Shown here: positions 12,258 to 24,739 of the stretch, piece after piece
Numbering within the stretch: the stretch's first letter is position 1
Layout of the letters: every line of letters starts with the position of its first letter
NCBI RefSeq assembly: GCF_006345805.1
Contig: NC_043015.1
Location: forward strand, 35,464,001-35,528,000
DNA: 64,000 bases
Direction: 5' to 3'
Source of the DNA: Octopus sinensis
Lineage: Eukaryota
The notes under the pieces: model-generated
What the model saw: only the letters and a program-made list of their open reading frames with translations
Told to the model about the DNA's origin: nothing
The model's database searches: none
Translations under genes and position numbers: made by a program

Positions 12258-14125
12258 CTTATTATTTATTGTCTTTGCACAGCTTCTAACGCTGGAGATG
12301 CACTACGATGCCAGCTGTTCCCTACCAGTGAACTAATGTCACCTCCACTTATTTTTCGAGCACCATCCGGAGTACTCGAGTAGTCCCAAACAGTGCTGTT
12401 TTCTGCAAATGCTCCACTTTATTGAAGCCCCTATTTGTTCCATGTACTTCTCAAGATCTTTTACTCACTGGTCCCAGGGCTCCGACAATTATTGATATTA
12501 ATACCACTTTTTCGGCGACCACAACTGCTTACCCACCCAAGCTAACCTGTTATATCTATTGATTTTCCTTCATTACCGCATGCCTTGTTGTCGCCGCCTT
12601 GGCATGCTATATCTATGACTCAGCATAGTTTGCCTTCTTTCTCAATTAACACTATATCTGGTTTCCTATTCTCTACATGATGGTTACATTGAATCCCAAA
12701 ATCCCAAACCACCTTTGCGTCACCATTTTTGATGATGTATGCAGGTTAATTATGTTCGTACCACTTTCTTGCTCTGTCAAGACCATACTTGTTGCAAAGT
12801 GTCCGAAGGACAATCCTTATTGTGTTGTCATGACGTCTCATATATTCTTTGTGGGCTAGTGCCCACAAATTTTGCACTTATCACTTTCTGATGTGTTGTC
12901 TATTCTGTATTTTATGTATTTGGCTCTTAAAGCTGGCTCTTGGGCAGCACAGATAAGAGCCTCCGTTTATGGTTTTAAATCACATTTAGTCATCCACAGC
13001 CAACTTTTTTATCTGTCTTATCTTCAACGTCCCCATGAAATTGTCCATGCATTCTTTTGTTAATCCACCTATTTTCAGTTTCATTTATTCTCAAGTGCTT
13101 GTACAGTGTTTTATCTTTGCAATCTTCCAGCCTGACCTTCCTAGTTCCAATAATAGCGGTTCTGTGGCATTTGTTTTACATATGTTGTTGTTTTCTTCAT
13201 GAATGCTGTGTTCGCATCCAATCAGTCCTCTTCCCCCTCTTTTTCTTGATACATACAGTCTGTGTCACGATTTTGAGTGAAGTATCCCATAGCTAGTCAG
13301 CAATTTCTTTGCCTTTCTGCTCAGTTGTTTAGTTCGTCTGCTGTCCATGCGGTCACCTCTGCTCAATCTAAGGATTGAAACCGACCAAGTGTTTATAGCT
13401 TCAATCTTATTCCGTCCGTTTAATTTCGAATTAAGGATTAGTCTGAGTCTGTGCAAGTACTCCACCTTAAATCTCCGTCGTGTCTTTCTCCATCAATTTA
13501 TCTATTTCCAGTATCCCCAAGTACTTATAGCCCGTCTCTTCTATTTGCTTCTTAACCTTCCCCGACGGGATCGCTAGCCCGTCCATACATTTACTTTTGT
13601 CTCTCTTCAAGACTAACACGGCACACTTTTTCAGTCTGAACTCCATTCTGATACCAGCACTGAAAGTATACACCGTATCAACAAGGCAACTGACTTGGGA
13701 TTCTTCATCATAAAGTTTGAGGGTATTCATGAATAACAAGTGGTTGCCTTTTTGTTGACAGTTCTTGAAGAGATACCCAGCTTTTGCTTTCTTCAAAATC
13801 GGTATTAGTGTTATCATGCACAATACAAAGATTAGTGGGACCAGGCAGTCCCCTTGAAAGATGCCTCTCTGATTTCTATTGTCTCTGAACTTCTTCCATA
13901 TGCTGTCAGTTCCGTCCTCCACTTCGCTATACTTTTTCCAAGCATTCGATGCAATACCAAATAGGTTCATACATTGCGTAATCCAAGAATGTGGGATCAT
14001 ATCGCACGCCTTCTGAAAATCGATCTATGACATGGCTAATTTTTTCTCTTACAGTCTTTAAGTACAGATTTGTGTACCAGAAGTTGGTCCTTGCTATCCC
14101 TGCACTTACGCCTGCACTCAAGGGT
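12258..14125 (-). mobile_element. R4/Dong-like non-LTR retrotransposon (RT plus RLE endonuclease), 5'-truncated and decayed
   Basis: KDQLLVHK..LKDCKRK, IDFQKACDMIPHSW, RGIFQGDCLVPLIF, YKYLGILE, LNGRNKIEAINTW, EALICAAQEPALR, RRHDN, KPDIVL, VGALGPV, LQKTALFGT. Confidence 0.92.
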
Positions 14126-14342
14126 GTCATTAAGAATTTATCATATGTTTAAAATCAGTGTAATTCTAGTTAATCATAAGAGAGAGGAAAACCTAAAATT
14201 CTTTTCATTCTAGGCACAAGTCTTGAAATTTTGGAGGCGGTGGGCCTAGTTGATTACATCGAACCTGGTGCGATTTATTTCAAAGACCCCGAAAGGATGA
14301 AATATAAAGTCGATCTCAAAACGTGAACCAGAAAAGCAGCTG

Positions 14343-14453
<111 letters not shown>

Positions 14454-14857
14454 GCGTGCGTGTGGAGTTCGGCAGAGCGGTGAACTGCGATTTATACAAC
14501 GACATTTTGTTGCTTTTGATATAAGACGGATTGGTATCGACTGTGACATAATTGAAATTCGAACAAAACTGCAGGCGGCTATGGAGGGCTTTTCATAAGA
14601 GCAGCCCACGGTGATAACGATTCGTGAGGAATAGAGTAAACACGTTTCACACATGATATTGCTTGAATATAAATAGGGACAGAGAGGAAGAGATAGAGAA
14701 AGAGGTGACTGTTACTTATTTTAACCTGATTGAAATGAATCAACATGAACTGCAGTGCTTTGGTCAAGGACCCAACGGACTACCCAACCATGGAAGTAAT
14801 GTCGCAACCACATGATCAGGAGATTAATACGCTCATTTGACCACGTGCTTTGAGACA

Positions 14858-14920
<63 letters not shown>

Positions 14921-14925
<5 letters not shown>

Positions 14926-15225
14926 CGTGACCGACCAGGCTATCAGATGTTGCTACACATCGCTGGTCACAATGCGCTTCGCATTGTTTTAGCCTTCGAA
15001 TGACGCCACCCCGCTGGCTAAGCGAGCAGGCAAACAGGAGAAAGAGTGAGAGAAAGTCGTGGCGAAAGAGTATAGCAGGGATGGCCACCACCCCCTGCCG
15101 GAGCCTCGTGGAGCTTTAGGTGCTTTCGCTCAATAAACGCTCACAACGCCCGATCTGGGAATCAAAACTGCGATCCTTACGACCGCAAGTCCGCTGCCCT
15201 AACCACTGGGCCATTGCGCCTCCAC
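14921..15225 (-). mobile_element. tRNA-derived SINE family B, tail type 1 (RTE-like 3' end)
   Basis: Head GGAGGCGCAATGGCCCAGTGGTTAGGGCAGCGGACT with A/B-box-like motifs; 3' tail homologous to the RTE end at 48763-48814. Confidence 0.9.
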
Positions 15226-15291
15226 ACACACACACAGATACACACACACAGACACACACACAGACACACACACACACAGACAGACAGACAG

Positions 15292-15323
<32 letters not shown>

Positions 15324-16131
15324 GAGCGTACGGGTATAAGACTACCTCGTTTTCTTACTCTGTTATTGAACAAAGTTCGAACTCAAATGACATTGATATT
15401 ACATTTCTGCCTCATAAATCTCTCCCCCCAACCTCCCATCTCCTCCCAGCCACCATCTCTTGACAGATTTGCAGAGTTCGGTAAATAATTGTAACCAAAA
15501 CGAATAACAACTACAACAAAAACAATAATAACAATAAATTTAATAAAAAAAACAACATTAATAATAATAAACAATAAAGCTATATGAACAACAAAACCGG
15601 ATGTAAAAATTGTGGACACCGACTCGATTTCGTTGGCCCACGACTTGAAACTTATCTTTACGTTATGGCAGTCAGCAGTAATGACTATAATTATGTTATT
15701 TAAAATTGGCCATAAAATAAACGAAGCAATTAGAGGAAGGAAAAGGAAGGAAACGAAAGAAAAGGAGGTAGAAGGAGAGGAAGGAAGACAAGAATGATAG
15801 AAAGGCCGGAAGGAAGAGAGGAAGGAAGGAAAAAATATACAGAGAGAAAATAAAAGTATAAAAAAACATGATAAAGAAAAAAGAGAAGATGAGGAGAGAC
15901 GTCTTGCTGGTTGTTTATTTACTGAAGTCATTGGGAGTTGGTATAGATTTATTTATTACTTTATGTGATTATTCTTAGTCATTTCATCATTGTCATCGTC
16001 ATCAGCAGCAGCAGCAACAACAGCAGTAATTTTACTCACATTTTTTAGTTCTTTTTGTTGTTATTGTTTCAGTTTGTTTTATGTTGTTGTTTTTTTTGTA
16101 TTGCTAGTACTGCCTCTACAATCCTTAATTT

Positions 16132-16168
<37 letters not shown>

Positions 16169-16194
16169 TAATAATAATAATTATTATTATTGCT

Positions 16195-16322
16195 ATTAAA
16201 AACGCGGTGGGCTGGCAGAATCTCTAGCATGCCGAATGCAATGCTTAGCGGTAATTCACCTGCCGCTACGTTCTGATTTCAAATTCGGCTGGAGTCATCC
16301 TTTCATCCTTTCGCGGTCGATT
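16195..16322 (+). mobile_element. SINE family C fragment
   Basis: gctggcagaatc...tgcttagcggt...cctttcatcctttcgcggtcgatt motif recurs at 23715, 32370, 38255 and 42125. Confidence 0.7.
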
Positions 16323-16324
16323 AA

Positions 16325-17087
16325 TTTAAACGGACGGAATAAGACTGAAGCTATCAACACCTAGGCGGTTTTATTCTTTAGGTATGGAGCGGGGATAATC
16401 GCATGGACAGAAGACGAAATAAACAGCTTAGACAGAAAGATAAGGAAGTTTCTGACTAGATATGGGGTACTCCACTCAAAACATGACACAGGCTGTATGT
16501 ATTAAGAAAAAGAGGGGGAAGAGGACTGATTGGATGCGAACACAGTATTCATGAAGAAAACAACAACATATGTAAAAAATTCCACAGAACGGCTATTATG
16601 GCAACTAAGAAGTTTATGCTTGTATAGGCTGGGAGATTGCAAAGATAAAACACTGTACAAGCACTTGAGAATAAATGAAACTGAAAATAGGTAGATAAAC
16701 AAAAAAATGCCTGGAAAATTTCATGGGGACGTTGAAGACAAGACAGACAGATAAAAAAGTTGGCTGTGGATGACTAAATGTGATTTAAAACCATAAACGG
16801 AGGCTCTTATCTGTGCTGCCCAAGAGCCAGCTTTAAGAGCCAAATACATAAAATACAGAATAGACAACACATCAGACAGTGATAAGAGCAAAAGTTGTGG
16901 GCACAATGGCGAATCCCTATGGTATATTACCAGCCAATGTACGCCACTAGCCCAGAAAGAATATATGAGACGTCATGACAACACAGTAAGGATTGTCCTT
17001 TGGACACTTTGCAACAAGTATGGTCTTGACAGAGCAAGAAAGTGGTACGAACATAATTAACCTGCATACATCATCAATGAGAGGATT
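16325..17087 (+). mobile_element. R4/Dong-like retrotransposon fragment, inverted relative to 12685-13440
   Basis: NGRNKTEAINT*AVLFFRYGAGIIAWTEDEINSLDRKIRKFLTRYGVLHSK...RKRGGRGL; long stretches nearly identical to the 12-14 kb copy. Confidence 0.9.
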
Positions 17088-17705
17088 TATATTTTTATCA
17101 AACATATTATAGCCATATTTTACATCATCGAGCAATTTCGAGAGAGGCATTAAGGCTAGACAAAACAGGGGTAGTGGTGGTAGAGAGTCGCCCTTGAAAA
17201 TGCCACATGAAATTCTTACATCTCCAGTATTGAGAGAGTAATTGTCACTGTTTAAAGTCAGTGTGGTTCTCCATGATCTCATACTTACAGACAATGAGTA
17301 GCTGATCTTTACAACCACAGGACCCACGTTAGGGAATATGCCTCTTTCTATTTAAAAAAAACTATAGATATACTCAGTCAAGGCAGATGTTAGTATTTTA
17401 TATTTTGTTAAGCTGGTTATGGGCGTATAAGGTTTTACTTCATTTATATCTTCGTTTTTTGGAAGCAGGAATGTTAAACCATTAAGTAGCCAAGAGGAAA
17501 TCATACTAGGGTGTTGCAAAACATTGGTGCAAAGTTTTGTTTGCAGTTCATGGCTCTCTGGGAAGGCATTCAGCCAGAAGTCAGGAATTTTATCCTTTCC
17601 TGGAGACTTTCATTTGCTTGACCTTCTGAGAGCAGATCTTACATCCTCTACCTTGATACCCTCCCACTTTTGCTCTTCTAAGGAGTCCAAGTCTGTAGAT
17701 ATTCT
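17088..17705 (-). mobile_element. R4/Dong-like RT fragments of a second subfamily (17088-17345 and 17500-17705)
   Basis: WRTTLTL...VRISCGIFKGDSLPPLPLFCLALMPLSKLL; upstream KSPGKDKIPDFWLNAFPESHE. Confidence 0.8.
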
Positions 17706-17764
17706 ATCTATCTATCTATTTATTATTATTATTATTATTATTCCCACTATATAGCAGGTTGTAC

Positions 17765-18045
17765 AAGTATCTTCTACTATAGCCCGTCGTATACATATAT
17801 ATATATTGGTATATATATATATATACGTGTGTGTGTATGTGTGTGCGTGTGTGTGTTTGTCCCCCACCTCCGCTTGACAATAGGGGTTCGTGTTTTTGCA
17901 CCGCCGTAACTTAGCGATTCGGCAAAAGAATCCGACAGAATAAGTATCAAGCTTTATAAAAATGAGTACTTGAGTCGATTCGTTCGACTATGAAACTATT
18001 GAAGCCGGTGCCCTGTGATGGCCACAGTCCAATGACTGAAACCTG
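17765..18045 (+). mobile_element. SINE family A, internally deleted copy
   Basis: cttctactatagcccgtcgta...gtgtttgtccccc...gtaacttagcgattcggcaaaag...atggccacagtccaatgactgaaac. Confidence 0.7.
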
Positions 18046-18064
18046 TACATGATGAAAGGTAAAT

Positions 18065-18470
18065 GTGATCTCGGCGAGTTTTCAATTCAGAACTTAATCA
18101 CTCAGAATAGTTAAAACTTTACCCCAGTTGTCAATTGATATTTTATTTCATTCACCCCGGAATGATGATGAGTAAGGTTGATTTCAGTGGGGAATGAACT
18201 CAGAACATAAAGAATCGGAGAAATAGCGCATTGCCACATTGCTTTCCATCTGATGCTCAAACGATTCTGCCAAATCGTCGCCTGGTCACTCTTGTAATGA
18301 GGATTTAAAAGTTTGGCTCCAAAGCAACAATTACAGAGCGAGGAGTGATGTCAATTACATCGAACTCAGTGTTCAATTGATGCTGATTTTATCGACTCTG
18401 AAAGGATGAATGGTACAAATCAACTTCGGCGGAATTTGAACTCAGGATGAAATGCCGCTAAACATACTTG
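18065..18470 (-). mobile_element. Two degenerate SINE family C copies
   Basis: Two occurrences of gaaaggatgaa...aactcag...gattctgcca-type motifs. Confidence 0.5.
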
Positions 18471-18972
18471 TTACAATGAAATAATATCAGTAATAGAGGA
18501 AGCTAAGTTTATGATGGGACATCCGCGTGGTCGCTCAACTGAATCTGGCCAGATATGGCAGCCACATCTCTCTTAAATCACGTGACACTAGCTTAAAAGA
18601 TAGCGTTCTTAAGTAGAAAAAAGCAGAAAAATAGCCGAGAAGTCATGGCTGGAATGTCTTTCGTCATAAGGACGAATTGTAACTAAACAATAATAGGATA
18701 TAAAAAGTAACAACGCGAACAAATTTGCTAAATGTAGCAACCAAATCCCCCCCAAATCGCCATCTACCTTTCTAAAATATATTGAAGTTAAGTTTACCAA
18801 TTCATATAATTGTTGTTGCTGATGCTGTTGTTAGTGATGCTGCTGTTGATATTGTTGTCGTTGTAGTTTCTGTATGTTGTGAGTAATGTCGACATTGCAA
18901 TTGTTGAGGGCCACTGTTATTTTTACTGCCGTTCTTCATGTTGTTATTGTCGTTATTACGCACTTATATGCA

Positions 18973-19024
<52 letters not shown>

Positions 19025-19575
19025 GAATATATGTATACCTATATATCTACATCTCTCTCTTTGTACGCACACACACACACACACATACATATATAAATAT
19101 ATGTATATATATATTATTACTCAATGATCATCGGTCTTTGTAACAGAAGCAGGAATCAATAAACCCCGTTTATAAATGAATGGTAAATTATAGTAATTTA
19201 TTGGTCGTTGACTGATGAAGCATTATCAGTAATTAGAGCCCTCAACAACAACACTAATAATCGTCTCAAATTTCGGCACAAGGCCAGCAGTTCTGTGGGA
19301 AGAGATAGTCGATTTCATTGATCTCGGCGCCCCACTGTCACCTAATTCATCGATCCCGAAAGAACTAAAGGTGAAACCGACTGCTGCTAAATTCTACACT
19401 AATCCACCTATCCTAAGTTCTCTCCCATCGGTCGTTGACAGTCATTCTGCAAAACGCCGTCCATGTCAATAATCCGTTCACTCTAGCTTTTACGTGCTGA
19501 GAAAACGTTCAGCGTCCATTAGCTGTATGGTATCCAATATATTTTGAGCTACACACACACACACACACACACACA

Positions 19576-20270
19576 TACGTGGTCTGTTCAATAAGTATCC
19601 AGACTGTTGCTATAGTAACGAAGCTAAAGCACGCAGAGTAAAGCCGCTCGGCACATATTAACCTTACACTATGCGCATTTAGTTTTAACATTCCAGTTCA
19701 CTTCCGCTGTTTACAGCTGTACTTAGAAGGAACATGTGTAGCATGTGATCGTCGCATTGACAACAGAAAAAGATGAGCAGAGAATCTGCATCGAATTTTG
19801 CGATAAGTTTGGCAATGCCTGCTCAGAGGCCTACGCCAAAGTTTCCCCAAAAAGTTTCATCCTTCTCAACATAATTAAGGAGATCTCGTGCAACCTGAGT
19901 GTCGTTCTGCTCTGCTGAAAGCAGTTTTGGCACAAACTTGGCAGACATATGTCTCACACCCAAATCGTCAGTGATAATGGACTGAACTGAACATTAACTA
20001 ATCTGCACATCCTCTGATAACTCACGGTTAGTTATTCGACGATTTCCCCCACAGCTTCACGCACTTCTGCGATGTTTTTCACAGTTCTGCTGGTTGTAGG
20101 TCTCTCAGAGTATTCGTCACTATCGGCATTTTTGTGGCCATTACGGAAACATCCGAACCACTCGTACACTCCTCTCCATACACTTTCTTCAACTTTGCGT
20201 AGGCCTCTGAGCAGGTATCGCCATGATAACTGTGTCGTGGTCAATGCGACCAACACACGCTAAACACGCG
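19576..20270. mobile_element. Mariner relic: TIR plus 5' end on +, joined to a 5' coding portion on -
   Basis: TA-CGTGGTCTGTTCAATAAGTATCCAGACT TIR; + strand EQRICIEFCDKFGNACSEAYAK; - strand VYEWFGCFRNGHKNADSDEYSERPTTS...LGVRHMSAKFVPKLLS. Confidence 0.85.
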
Positions 20271-21180
20271 AGCTACCTGCCTACCTATCTATCTATCTAT
20301 CTAACCGCACACACACACACATATAGATGATCGGTAGATTGTTACATGGGTATACACCTTATAGTATGTTGTTTAAAGCCCATTCACAGTATACGGCTAC
20401 CTGATGTCAACAACAGTATGGAGGTATATACCACTCGACTTACTTCAGGAATTCCTTTGTGTCCGTAGCGTTTATAAAAATATAAGAGAAAAAAATAGAA
20501 TTGACTAGCTGCCTTCTTCAGAACCACGATGTTCGTTTCGACCCAGCATGCACCGGTACCTTGTAGGTGACATACTGTACAGACATTTGTGATGTATCGT
20601 AGGTGCAAATGCACCACCTCACGTGATGTTCAAAAATTACCTCGTTTTATTTATTTGCCGCTTCGTTTATTTCTGTACTAACGCATTTTGGTAAAAATGT
20701 AGCATACTCCGTCTCCACAAGTAACTCAGACTTTTTGCATGACAATTGTTTGTTCAGAAGGATTTGAGATCGGAAATTTGTTATGTTCATGCATTATGTA
20801 CAATTTTGTGACTCCTATAAACAAATGAAACACATGTAATGGTGAATAAAAAATACCAATTAATTTTCCAGATTCCTGCTTTGCTGCAGACACACACACG
20901 TGTGTATGTATTTATTTATGCATGTATGTATGCATATATAAGCATTTATGTATATATACACACACGTGTGTATAAATGCATATGTATACCCGTTTGCATT
21001 TGGGTGTATAGAAATGTTGTCCTTTGTATCAAAATCACGAATGTGCATTTCGGTAAATAGACAACAACAAAATATATACAAGACTAAAATATACAGAAAG
21101 AAATCCTTGCATGGCTGCACTCTGTTAAATCCCTGAATAAACACTCTCCAACCGTGACAATCCAAACGTTATTTTCTCAG

Positions 21181-21525
21181 GTTTACTCCAGCGTAACGGA
21201 CTACTCTATGTGTTTTTAATAACTGGCACATTGGGATTTCACTAATATTTCTAACAAACGGAACGGCGAACTACAATGTGACTGCGTCTCCATTGGACCC
21301 ATCCCCAACCCGCCACCAAACGAAAGCATACGACGGGGCCGGTGGCGGAGGTGGCGCAGTAAAACAGTCTAAAATCTACATCAATTCAACTTAACCCGAA
21401 ATATACTCCAACATAACCTTGGTCTTCGTGGTTTAACCATAACAAAACAACCATATGTCTTCAAGAGTCAAGTGTTGAACAAAGTTTGGTTCCAGACGTA
21501 ACACAATCTCAGCAATATTAAAATG
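21181..21525 (+). other. Candidate 5'UTR exon ending in ATG (unverified)
   Basis: ttattttctcAG acceptor at 21179-80 and AAAATG|GTAAGT donor at 21526, in non-repetitive sequence; stops in all frames. Confidence 0.25.
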
Positions 21526-21698
21526 GTAAGTTTTTGCTTGTTTTTCTTTTTGTTCTTGTACTTTTCTACTTTATTTTCATTTCGGTTAGTTTTTTGTTTT
21601 TCTCCATTTTTTTTATTGCTTTTTGTTTTGTTTTATTTCTTCTTTCCTTCTTGGCGTATCTGAAATAAACTTTACAAGTTCACAGACACTGGAGGAGA

Positions 21699-21731
<33 letters not shown>

Positions 21732-21796
21732 TGTGAGAAACAGAAATAGATAGGTAGAGAGAGAGAGGGTGAATAGAGAAAGGAAAACAAATATGT

Positions 21797-21827
<31 letters not shown>

Positions 21828-22733
21828 TTGTGTTTGTGAGGGATATACATAGGCTAGACAGAGAGATGGTTAGAGAGACGGCTAAGCAGAATCATATATA
21901 TAATGTATGTGTACAGATATATCCACGTCTCTGTCCGTCTATCCCCACTCAATATGGTATATATTATGTATTTACATGTGTGTGTGTACGTACGTGTGTA
22001 TTTATGTGTGTGTACGTGTGTTTATGTATGTGTGTGTGTATGTGCGTGTATGTATGTGTGTGCGTACGTGCGTGTATGTGTACGTGTGTGTTTGTATGTG
22101 TGTGCATACGTGCATGTATGCATGTGTGTGCACGTGCGTGTATGTATGTATGCATGTATGTGCGTACGTGTGTGTATATATGTGTGTGCAAAGAGAGCAA
22201 GCGACTAAACGTTAGTGATGGTGGGAGTAAAAAGTGTTTCGTTTTTTTTAATCAATATTTGCGGACAAACTGGAAATAGTGAGGATTAGAAGGAGATTTA
22301 GTGAGAAAGACTGCAGACGATAAAATGGCCAAATGTGGAAATATGAAAATAAATAAATAAATAAGCTTAATTTATGGAAGCCTGTACAAACAATAATACA
22401 GACTTCTACGGTTAATGTAAGTCGAGTGTATTTCGTTATAGCCTCCAGTTAGCCAATGTTTTTTCAAAGAAATTTGGCAGACACAAACTGTGCATTAGTC
22501 TGCTGCGTACGTGTAAAATGTTGTGTGTGTGTGTGTGTATTCGTGTGTCTAGGTATGTATATATGTACGAACAGGTGTGTGTGTGTGTGTGTATATATAT
22601 ATACATACTCATATATACATATCTATCTATCGCTCTCTTCTCTCTCTCTCACTATATATATATATATTATATATATATATATAATGAACAAACAAGTAAA
22701 AAATAGAAAATGCTAAAATAATTTTATAGTGAA

Positions 22734-22780
22734 CATTTCAGTACCGGTTTCGGTCATTTTGAGACTTTTCAACTGTAACG
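22734..22780 (-). ncRNA. Mirror copy of the U3-A8 hammerhead, missing one G of helix II
   Basis: Reverse complement CGTTACAG TTGAAAA GTC TCAAAAT GACC GAAAC CG GTA CTGAAATG. Confidence 0.45.
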
Positions 22781-23014
22781 ATTAAAATTAATTTAGAAAA
22801 TTAGAAGAAAAGTTTTTTTAAAAGAATATTTCTATAGTAGTGTTCAGATTTAAGTGGCATTCTGCTTTCTCTGACTCCCTTGTTTGCACTCGAACACACA
22901 AGTGCAAACAAGGGAGTCAGAGAAAGGCAGAATGCCACTTAAATCTGAACACTACTATAGAAATATTCTTTTAAAAAAACTTTTCTTCTAATTTTTCTAA
23001 ATTTAATATTTAAT

Positions 23015-23062
23015 CGTTACAGTTGAAAAGGTCTCAAAATGACCGAAACCGGTACTGAAATG
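23015..23062 (+). ncRNA. Minimal type I hammerhead ribozyme, U3-A8 core variant
   Basis: Helix I CGTTACAG/CTGAAATG, core TTGAAAA, helix II GGTC/GACC, GAAAC, palindromic helix III ACCGGT, GUA triplet. Confidence 0.7.
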
Positions 23063-23144
23063 TTCACTATAAAATTATTTTAGCATTTTCTATTTTTTAC
23101 TTGTTTTTTCATATATATCAACTCGTGTGTTCCTTTTCACCCTT

Positions 23145-23182
<38 letters not shown>

Positions 23183-23714
23183 GAACTAAGATGAAAAACA
23201 CAGAAGATTTGTTTTAAAAGACTAAAGAATATATTAGCACCATAATAGTAAATGTTTTATACAATATTGTACAAAATGAGATTTGTTTTCTTCCAACTTA
23301 ATAACCGGTTTTCAAATTTTGTGTTGTAGATGAAATTTTGAATTAGACATTTTATTTGCTGGGGGGATAATTGGTAACCAAGGTATTTTTCAGTAAAGGT
23401 GAGATAAATCTTCAATTTTTAATGTTAGTCTACATTTATATTACACTAGGTGGGGCAAATCTTTAATTTAATGGGTTTATTTTTAACTCCGGCTTATATT
23501 TTTTGATAAGCGAGGCCTGTTTATTTGAACGTCTACTCAATACTTTTCTAGGAGTACATATTTATTTTAACACAGATAACGTTGATATTGACACCAAAGA
23601 CAGTCGGATGAAGTCTAAGCAAGCCCAGACTTCGAAGTCACCCCCGAGTCCTTTCTTCTTAACTACTACTACTACTGATGATGATAATAATAATCCTTTC
23701 TACTATAGGTACAA

Positions 23715-23860
23715 GACCTGATATTTTTAGGGAGGGAGCTGGTCGATTACATTAAACCCAGTGCGTAACTGGTATTTCATCGACCCCGAAAAGATGAAAG
23801 GCAAAGTCGACCTGAGCGGAATTTGATCTCAGAACGTAAAAACAGACGAAAATGTTGATA
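23715..23860 (-). mobile_element. SINE family C copy
   Basis: ccagtgcgtaactggtatttcatcgaccccgaaaagatgaaaggcaaagtcgacctgagcggaatttgatctcagaacg. Confidence 0.8.
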
Positions 23861-23880
23861 AAGAGAGTACTGATCTGTCT

Positions 23881-23914
<34 letters not shown>

Positions 23915-24739
23915 CCGTCCGTCCGTCCACATTCGTACATATCCAGTTATGTATGTATGTGAATCTCCGTATGCCTGTATTTATGAATGCTTTTTTTAAA
24001 ATTCATTTATTTATTTTTTCTTTCTTTGGATTATTTGAATCTGGCCACTGACCAAGTGGCAAAGCTCTTTTGTTCCAGTTCAGACGGGTGTGTTGGTGGT
24101 TGTATGGTCGTCGGAATCAGTTGATGTGCAGTTATGTGAGTGTGCGTGTGTATACGTGTGCGCGTGCGTGTGTATGCCTGTGTGTGTGCGCGTGTGTGTG
24201 CGTTTGTGTATGCGTGTGTGCGTGCGTGTGTGTGTGTACTCTTGAATAGCTTGTAACTGTGTGGTGGATGTATACTTTAGTATAGAAGTGTCTGTGTACA
24301 TTCCATATCTGGATGTGTGCATATGCATGGCCAGAATTTCCCATAGGGATGAGGGGCCCGGAGCCGTTGATGCATGTGTAGCCATGTATATATACAAACG
24401 TATGTATGTAATATCTTACACGCGCACACACATACACTTACACGTATCTATGTACGTAATTAAGCGCACTGGTAAGTACGAACATGTGTACTTATATATA
24501 TACTCATACACACACATGTATGTATATATATATTCATACACACACATGTATGTATCTACTCACGTACCTCTATCCATACATTTATATATGTGTGTGTTTG
24601 TGTGTCTGCGTGTGTGCATATTCTTTGTGAATATATTTATCGGCGACAAACACAAAACCGGCGAAAAAAGTTGCGAATTTCTCGGTGCTTTCAATTTACA
24701 TTAGTTTCTGCGATATTTGTTCTTCCCAAGTTGTACAGA

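Larger units (their letters stand above)
22684..23112. repeat. Long inverted repeat (about 205-bp arms, 10-nt spacer 22891-22900), PLE pseudo-LTR-like
   Basis: Arms are reverse complements with a few indels; centre ...tgtttgcact cgaacacaca agtgcaaaca... Confidence 0.95.

Noticed and set aside
15150-15225. tRNA genes at SINE heads (also 54960-55032, 45780-45848, 63515-63590)
   Set aside because: No complete cloverleaf; they continue into SINE bodies
19212-19240. CTGATGA motif (also CTGAAGA at 47407)
   Set aside because: The remaining core and helices are absent or inconsistent
23220-23460. Possible L1/Tx1-like RT remnant on minus (EKYLGYQL...NRLLSWKK)
   Set aside because: Only two short motifs among many stops; cannot be distinguished from chance by eye
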